Below are positions 58,406-64,000 of a stretch of DNA of 64,000 nucleotides, piece after piece. This stretch comes from Heptranchias perlo (Eukaryota): the NCBI RefSeq assembly GCF_035084215.1, contig NC_090337.1, positions 31,620,001 through 31,684,000 of the forward strand. The letters run 5' to 3'. Every line of letters starts with the position of its first letter. Within the stretch, counting starts at the first letter, position 1. Below the pieces are notes generated by a model. That model was not told where the DNA came from and made no database searches. It saw nothing but the letters and a program-made list of their open reading frames with translations. The position numbers and the translations under genes were made by a program.

Positions 58406-58809
58406 TTTCTGCAGCAGGCTTTGGCAATCTGCCTCAGCATAACATTGCCAGCAGCCTTCAAGGTGCTGCTAAAAGTTGAGATTAAAAAATATATATACTT
58501 TCGTGCTATAGACTGTGAGCATTTGATTGCACAGTTTGCCACACTTCTAAAAGTGAAAACTCCCCTCCGCTGCCATAGCAACACTGGATGTTGGAGATAA
58601 GCAAGCATCCCTGGCATCCAGCGTTACTATGGGTCAAATGACAGAAAATACATCAATGACATACTTCCATCATTTGAACATCCTTTCAATATGCCCACCC
58701 ATAAATGGGCAGATGTATTCACCTCGGGAAGGAAATCCAACACGCATGAAAATGGATGGGAAGGCGATGAGGCACTTCCCCATTCCATTTCCCACCTGCA
58801 TCTCCCCAA

Positions 58810-59372
58810 TGCTAAACCTTTATAAATCACCGGTTAGACCACAGCTCGAATATTGTGTCCAATTTTGGGCACTACATTTTAGAAAGGATGTCAACGCCTT
58901 GGAAAGGGTGCAGAGGAGATTTGCTAGAATGATTCCGGGGATGAGGAATTTTGGTTGTCTGGAGAGACTAGAGAGGCTAGGATTGTTTTCTTTGGAGCAG
59001 AGAGGGTTGGGGGGAGATTTGATGGAAGTATTCAAGATTGTGAGAGGTTTTGGTGGAGTAAATGGGCTGTTTCCACTGGCAGAAGGGTCAGTAACCTGAG
59101 GAAATAATTGACAAAAATGTCGGGGGGGGGGGGGGGGGGAGGAGGAGAATCTTTTTTACTCAGCAAGTTGTTATGATCTGGAATGCATTGCCTGAAAGGG
59201 TGATGGAAGCAGATTCAGTAGTAACTTTCAAAAGGGAATTGGAATAATACCTGAAAAGAAAAAATTTGCAGGGCTATGGGGAAAGAGCAGGGGACTAATT
59301 GGTAGCTCTTTCAGCGAGCTGGCACAGGCACAATGGGCCGAATGGCCTCCTTCCGTGCTGTACAATTCTATG
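58810..59372 (+). mobile_element. CR1 LINE 3' fragment
   Basis: [26 protein letters not shown]; 3' UTR and TTCTATGA tail. Confidence 0.9.
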
Positions 59373-60038
59373 AGTAACACCCTAAAATCAGTGAAGGGAT
59401 GGCAGAAAAGCCCTGCCAGTATTTTCAAATATATCATCACAGTTCTGAATCAACACTAACAACTGTACAAGAGATACCAAAGCTTGAAGACCTCATAACC
59501 TGACTTTTCTTCTAACCAATAGATCAGTGATCTCCCACCTTTTGCTAACGGGAGCCAGATTATGGGGGCGATTTTCAACTGGAATGCACATTGGACAAGT
59601 GTCGGACAGGGCGTACACTACACCTGCCCAGCAGCGGCAACAAGAGGCTCGAACCATTTTCATGGTTGGGCCTCATCTAAATATTTTGGGCAAGGTGCTA
59701 GTGCTCAGCGAGTGCACAGAGGCAGCTCATCGCTGGGGATGTGAGGGCGGGGAATCTGGCTCTTCCTCTGTGGAAGCAAGCTGGAAGTCAGACCTCAAAG
59801 TGGGGTGGTAGGCAATCTGGGGGGGTAGGGGTCACAGCCAGCCAGCAGCGGGCCTGAAGATTTTTGTGGGGCCAGGAGTAGCATTCATACTTTGCTCACT
59901 TCGTGAAGGTGAATTATATTTTTGGGTAGTTATTATTCATACTCTAATGTCCTACTTTCTTCTCAGCTATACAATTCAAGATCAACCAGCTATTGATTTT
60001 GGGGTGTTTTGGTTGACATAAAATTGGAGACTGTCAGT

Positions 60039-60643
60039 GAACAATTTATCAACATTAAATGAAATAACATAAGTATTATTCAGCTGAAATAGCAATAAGA
60101 ATTAAAACAAGGAAACTTTACCTCTTTTGCTAAAAATGTATGTATACCTATTAAAGGCCAAGGAAAACGAAGACTGCAAAGTTCACAATAGAGAACAAAA
60201 TCAATACTGTCAGTACATTTGTCTTTCCCTTCATGTACTCATTACTTCACATTGGGAAAGACAGATGTTACATTGTAACTTGCTAGTTTACTGAGTAATT
60301 TAAAATCAATAAAGCAATTTCAAAGATAATGTATTGGACAGACTAGAATATACACATAATTAAGAATTAAAACTCCTTCAGTCAGTGTTCATATTGTACT
60401 GAAATTATGAAATGGACAACCAGGAAGAATTATATTTGTTGATTTCACAATAATGATTCCAATTCTACAATCTCTAACCAATGATTACCGGTTTCTAGAA
60501 TTTTGCAGTGTTCATTTTCCTTGGCCTTTAATAGGTAGACATACATTTTTAACAAAAGAGGTAAAGTTTCCTTGTTTTAATTCTTATTGCTATTTCAGCT
60601 GAATAATACTTATGTTATTTCATTTAATGTTGATAAACTGTTC
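60039..60643. repeat. Long inverted repeat: 146-bp arms (60039-60184 / 60498-60643) with a ~313-bp spacer
   Basis: Hand alignment gives about 6 mismatches and no indels. Confidence 0.92.
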
Positions 60644-61007
60644 TGAATTGTCCCTTCTAGAATGGGGAAAGGATATTGGTTAGGTAATTACATGCCTTGT
60701 TCAGCTAATAGTATATTGTAAAAGTGAATTTGAACAAACATTTCTCTGGTGGGATCCTTCCATTTGCTATATTTCCCTCCTCTCCTAAAAGCACTGATTC
60801 TTATTGAGCACAATTCTACAGATGTCAGCAGCCTCCTCATACCTCATTGTTAGATTAATGGAAGTAATAATGTTTCTATTTGAACCTTATTGTGAAATTC
60901 CTATTTGAAAAATTGACCTTTTGAACTAGTTTTGTTTGGTTTGGCAATCTCATAGCCAAACACACCCCCCAAAAAAATCCAGCCTAAGCCACTGTTAAAG
61001 AGTTACT

Positions 61008-63855
61008 GGCCTAGAAGTTCCTGCGTATTTCTAGCGTATTTGCACCTAGAAACAAGCCCAATTTTCCTTGATCTTTCGCGATCATCTATCAATCGCTCCA
61101 CCTGAATATATCTCCGCTCATAATAATGGCCCCGCCCCCAAGTAACAGAGCCTTATACACGAGTTTTCTGCAATTGCGCTTTCTCAGAGTCTCTCTTCAA
61201 ATTACAACCAGATTTTCAGGTGCACAGGCACTCGCAGTCACCTGAAGCAGGTGCAAATCAGCTGCTCCATGAAGCATTGAAGCTGTTCTCCTGCGGTTAC
61301 TGCAGACAGCCAATTTTCAGACCTTTTGAAAAATGAAAATGACTCTTTTGCTGGCTCTACCCCTGCTTGCTATTATAAAGGAGGAGGAGGAAAAGGAGGA
61401 AGAGAACCAAAGGCAGGAGGCCAGGAGAGTGAAGCACCAGCAGCAGAGACAGCACCCCACATGCAAGTACCCGGCCTGGAGACATTCCGGGCGATGCATG
61501 ACTATGCAGCTGCTGCGCTTTACAAAGGAGGCCATTGGCTGAATCTGTGACTTGCTCTGCGATGACTTTAAGCCCCGATTCACAGCCTTAGCAGTGGAAA
61601 TGAAGGTCACCACGGCATTCAACTTTTATGGGTGTGTGGATCCTTCCAGGCATCCAAGGGGGACCTGTGCAGGATTAATCAGGGCAGTGAGGGCCTGCAT
61701 TCAATAGGTAACTGATTCCATTTACCGTCAGGCTGGGGAGTTCATCATGTCCATGGTAGAGCAAAGGCAGAGGCCATTAAGCTCCTATAGGATTGCTGGA
61801 TTCCCCAGAGTGCTAAGGGGTAATCGATGGAACCCATGTCGCACTAAAGATTCCCATCAACACCTACAAAGCTACATGGACAGAAAGGGCTGCCACTCCC
61901 TCAACATTCAGATGGTCTGTGACGCCCAGCTGCACATCTATATGCACATGCAGCATACGAGGGCCTGTCATGATGCACTTATTGTGCGCAATTCAATCAT
62001 CGCACGCATGCTCGGTGACTTGGTAGAAAGGCTGATGAATCGTGGGCCTATGGTCGGTCCATGCTGACAGTCATATGCTCCCGGACTAAAGCTGCTGCTG
62101 CCTGCATCCCAGGAGAGAGATCCTGAGCTGCCTCGTGCAGCCTACCACGTACAGAGGGCACCGTTCCTGCTGTTGGAAGACTGCAGCCCAGGCTGGCGCT
62201 GGACCGCACTAGCCGCCTTTCCACTGTGGTCTTGATTTGCGGCCCCAGTTATCAGCTTGATAGTTGATGGCGTCTATCAGATCCTGCTCGGCCTTAGTAA
62301 GAGGCTGGAAGCTACGATTCATAGTGCCCTCCAGTCTGTCACCTAACACCTCAAGACCAGAAGTCTAAGCTTCCATCAAGGTGGAAGCCTCGATTGCTCC
62401 TTCACTGTCCCGTCAGGGGACCTGCTGTGTGTCGCAAAGCAGCAGCCACCTGCTCCACTGGTTCTCGCAGCTCTAACATCGCCTGTGTGATGTTGGTGCT
62501 CAGCATTTCAGCAAACTTGGAGGCCATACCCGTGAGAAGCTCTGTGTTACTGCTTATGAATCCCAGATGCTCCATCAGCAGGCACCCCTTCAGGTCGGCA
62601 GCTGTCAAATCAGACTCCACTGACTCACCAGTCCGTGGCCGCCTTCTAGCCAGTCTCTCTGGAGAGGTGGCAGCTTCCTCCACCTCTTCAGAGTCTCCCC
62701 GTTTCCCAAACTGGATTGTGATGCTGCAGAGTTCACCTGACATTGAGGCGCTTGCTGGTCCCGGTGGAATGGGTCCGCTCTGGTACCCGATTGGGGAGAG
62801 GAGGATGACTCTGACTCTGCTTGGGGATGGCCGGAAGGTGAAGGGGGAGGTTACATTTCCAGTAAAGAATGGAGGTGCGCGGCTCCTCCACAGCGACTGC
62901 CTTCCAACATCTTGAATGACTTGTGGGAAGAAAAAAGAGGGTTAGAATGGTTGCCTTTGCCAGTGGTGAGATGCCCCATGGGCGGCCTGCTCGGGGATGG
63001 CTAGACCCCCGTCCTGAAATATTGAGAGCTAGCAAGCAGACAGATACTCATCAGCCCAGCAGCCTCCTCCCCCCCCTCCCCTGTCTTACCATGCAAAAAC
63101 GAGAGAAAAATTAGGCTTGCAGTCGTTTGAATGTGTGGAACAATTGAAGGTGCAACAGGTCTGCATCTTTCCAGAGGTTTCTGCTGCAAAGTAATTGATT
63201 ATCTAGTTCTGTCTCAGAGATTTGAATGTGGTGCCGACAGTGGGCAAGAAAGGAAGAACATGGTGAGTGTCTTACCTTCGCTGCTCTGATCAGGTCATTA
63301 AATTTCTTACGGTACTGCTCTGCCTTCCTGGGGACTATGTATAAGGCACTCAGTGCCTCTGCTACCTCAATCCATGCCTGCTTCCTGACCGCACATGAAG
63401 GCTGGGATGTTGGGAAGCTAAGAAGCTGGTCCCGCCTTCACTCTATCTCGTCCAGGTTGTCCTCCATAAAGTTGAAAGCCCTCTTCCTGGCAACCTTCTC
63501 CTGTGAATCATTCATCAGTGAGAGGGGACAGATTTAAGACAATGGAGACTCACTATGGAGTAATTTAAATGAATGAATTAAACATCTTTATGACAGAGAG
63601 CTGTGATACTTACCTTGCACTACCACACTGCACTCTGATGGAAATGTCTCTCCCCCCTTTTATTGGCCTCAACCCTAACACCTTGTGGCCCCATATTTAT
63701 GTTCCAAATACATTCCAATACATTCACACCACATTGGCTATTTATGCTCATTTTACTAAAGAGATTGGCACAAAATTTGACCATAACTTGACATCAGCAG
63801 AATGGGAATTTCAGGTGTAACATCCGGGTTGCATCCTCGCAGGAAATTCCGGGCC
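61008..63855. mobile_element. Harbinger transposon with both TIRs: decayed HARBI1-like transposase (+, ~61330-62070) convergent with a Myb/SANT gene (-, exon 1 63276-63515)
   Basis: TIRs GGCCTAGAAGTTCCTGCG / CGCAGGAAATTCCGGGCC match 15/18. Transposase motifs LLRFTKEA, IAGFPRV, YMDRKGCHSLNIQMVCDA, CHDA. Myb exon MNDSQEKVARKRAFNF...KQAWIEVAEALSA...QYRKKFNDLIRAAK|GTAAG with one internal stop. Confidence 0.85.
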
Positions 63856-64000
63856 TGTCACAGAGTCGTTTTTCTTTCCTGCTCCCCTGTTACTTTACCT
63901 GAATGCTGAAACTTTGTGCTGTTCAGTCGACTTTGGAGAATGGAGATCTCTATTTTAACCATACTGGTAGTGCTGAAACTCCTAGTGAGGATGGAGTGAA

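Noticed and set aside
55821-58442. Series of + strand ORFs opposite CR1 ORF2
   Set aside because: Antisense shadows; near-identical peptides recur opposite other CR1 copies (e.g. 6923..7105, 34006..34266).
59122-59139. Long G homopolymers (also 12513-12528) as functional motifs
   Set aside because: They lie within transposon remnants; slippage or sequencing error is sufficient explanation.
1-64000. Prokaryotic systems (CRISPR array, operons, retron or defence RT)
   Set aside because: Spliceosomal exon-intron genes and vertebrate retroposons throughout. No regularly spaced repeat-spacer array. All RT ORFs are LINE-type.

Overview
Eukaryotic genomic DNA, not prokaryotic. It is a repeat-rich vertebrate locus, most likely from a cartilaginous fish (inferred from the CR1/L2/Penelope/Harbinger repeat mix). 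Two host genes lie tail-to-tail. The last 13 coding exons of a P5B-type ATPase (ATP13A4/ATP13A5-like) are on the + strand (1662-42151; the 5' part lies outside the window). The complete 3-exon, 169-aa CDS of PLAAT1/HRASLS is on the - strand (47012-49444). This matches the arrangement I recall for human 3q29. All 16 exons were placed by hand from GT-AG sites and join in frame. Much of the remaining sequence is transposon-derived: about 10 CR1 LINE copies (one with an uninterrupted 909-codon ORF2), L2-type fragments, four Harbinger elements or remnants (HARBI1-like transposase, three also with a Myb/SANT gene), a solo LTR, a hAT MITE, tRNA-derived SINEs and many foldback MITEs, several nested 3-4 deep. 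The most notable items are: a 244-bp TSD-flanked Penelope-type insertion forming a perfect 91-bp hairpin with a minimal hammerhead ribozyme motif on each strand; a young CR1 whose in-frame ATG appears to be created at the insertion junction; an orphan 146-bp inverted repeat; and a templated 142-bp copy inside a LINE. I found no convincing evidence for a wholly new gene system. Most short ORFs in the track are antisense shadows of transposons.
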